From Basidiobolus meristosporus CBS 931.73 (lineage: Eukaryota; Fungi; Basidiobolomycota), in assembly GCA_002104905.1 (NCBI GenBank), contig MCFE01000365.1, forward strand, positions 1-64,000: a DNA stretch of 64,000 nt, given 5' to 3'. Below, one piece after another: positions 62,668-64,000 of the stretch. The notes beneath the pieces were generated by a model. The model worked only from the letters and a program-made list of their open reading frames with translations, made no database searches and had not been told where the DNA came from. Made by a program: the position numbers and the translations under genes. Each line of letters starts with the position of its first letter. The stretch's first letter is position 1.

Positions 62668-63036
62668 TGGGCAAGTGAGGTACAACTGAAGTTTCAATGG
62701 AAGTAAATCAACTTGTACACATGAAAAGTAAGAGAAACAGCTCAGTCTGGAAGTAAGGAGTGTGAAAAAGAGGCATTAGCCAATCAATGCACACAAACAT
62801 AGGAGACAATAGAGTGTCCAAGCTCACAAAGTGAGCAAATTGGCAGGGAACCAATCAAAAGCCACTTATACATTGTTGTGATGAAAAATTTTGACTTAGT
62901 TTTTTGAGAAATCTGAGGTGCAATTATTTTTAACAATCTCTGGATGGTGTCCTGACAGGATCAGTACCTCTTAGTTGTGTGACTTTAACTTTGTGATGGC
63001 CTTTTGATGGGATCATCTCAATAATTTTTCATACAG

Positions 63037-64000
63037 TATGCCACTGTTCATTTGCTGGTTCCCATACATTCTTGTCTTCAGCCGGTACTGCAAGATTTAG
63101 CACCTCATCTACCAGTCTTTTATGCTACTGTTCCTTCACTGGTTCCCACACATCCTAGTCTTCAGCTGGCGCTGCAAGGCCTAGCACCTCATCTGCCAGT
63201 CTTTGCAATAAATCCTTGCAATATTCCAGTGTATTTTCTTGAGCACTGCTCACGAAGAAGTGCTGCAACCTCTTGGTATGCCTATTAATATTCCAAAGCT
63301 CCGCTGAAGGCATTGTTATAGTCTTTCAAGCTCTTGACATTGTAGCCTTGTCTATCAGTGGGATCTCCACTCTGTCAACAATGGAGAACATGGAGGCTGT
63401 GGTAGAGGAACTGCCTTTTTCTGCACACTCATCTACCCTGCTGGAGTGTAGCTCAACTAGCTGCACTTCCAAATGTTGTGAAAACAGCTGTTTTCTTAAT
63501 GGTAACTCTTCTTGGGTACGATGGGATTCAGTCTTTCTCAGGCTTGCAGCATTAATTAGCAAGAACTGCAGTTTTTCTTGTATGCTTCCCTGTCTCAGGC
63601 TTTGGTAGACATTTTCCCTTTACCTTTTCATTTATCACTGCCAGGTCTTTCACTGCTACTTTGTCTGAGTGCTTCTTATAAAAACTACATTTTCTCCTTG
63701 ATAAATTCTGCTCCAACACATCTGTTTTGGCCTGCTTGCCCCTTGCTGGCAACCCTGTGGCAACCTGACATTTTTTTGCACTTAATCTGAGCTCCCAACT
63801 GTAGTTGTGACAGGCTCCTGTAAAAGCAGCTGGCTTTTACCACTGCAAGGTCCTTCACTGCTACTCCTACTCAGTGCTTCTTGAGTGGTACTATGCTATT
63901 TTCCTGATATATTTGTGCTGGTGCATCCATATTGGCCTGCTTGTCCCTAAGTGGCACTCTGCCAGCTACCTGATGGCTCTTTGACACTTGTCTTGAGCTT
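63037..64000 (-). mobile_element. CACTA-like ORF2 fragment, inverted, running off the window
   Basis: Reverse complement of ~61650-62525; 84-bp tandem duplication at 63037-63204. Confidence 0.85.

Larger units (their letters stand above)
55415..63036 (-). mobile_element. CACTA-like copy 4, interrupted by gypsy D; transposase on minus, ORF2 on plus
   Basis: 55420-56120 matches ~4270-4940; 59090-60600 matches ~5900-7415; terminus (reverse complement CTGTATGAAAAATTATTG) ends at 63036. Confidence 0.85.

Noticed and set aside
1-64000. Classical Neurospora-type RIP (CpA to TpA) as the main mutational process
   Set aside because: CA and TG remain abundant while CG is scarce; the aligned copies point mainly to CpG loss (a formal index was not computed)

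Overview
Eukaryotic transposon graveyard, probably fungal (inferred from element types). No host gene, rRNA, tRNA or CRISPR is supported anywhere in the 64 kb. Contents: (1) at least four Ty3/gypsy families: A, a degraded chromovirus; B, a near-intact chromovirus at 24558-30405 with a 5-bp TSD; C, a young full-length element at 49083-54019 with identical LTRs and a 4-bp TSD; D, a 5' half only. (2) Two Ty1/copia families, heavily nested. (3) A CACTA/EnSpm-like DNA transposon family with CCCTA termini and a divergent second ORF. (4) A PIF/Harbinger-type (PHIS) family with a DDE_Tnp_4 transposase, a MADF-like second ORF, an ATT target duplication and a 211-bp MITE. CpG is strongly depleted, and copy-to-copy comparisons show CpG decay directly. 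Most notable sequence-level signals: a canonical -1 frameshift cassette and a Tf1-type self-priming site in family B; a leader module with splice-like signals shared by gypsy families B and D despite unrelated-looking gag proteins; 10-bp-phased GTGCC arrays at the PHIS ends; and repeated self-insertion. All alignments were done by eye, with no database searches. I found no convincing wholly new multi-gene system; the candidates are unusual transposon features.
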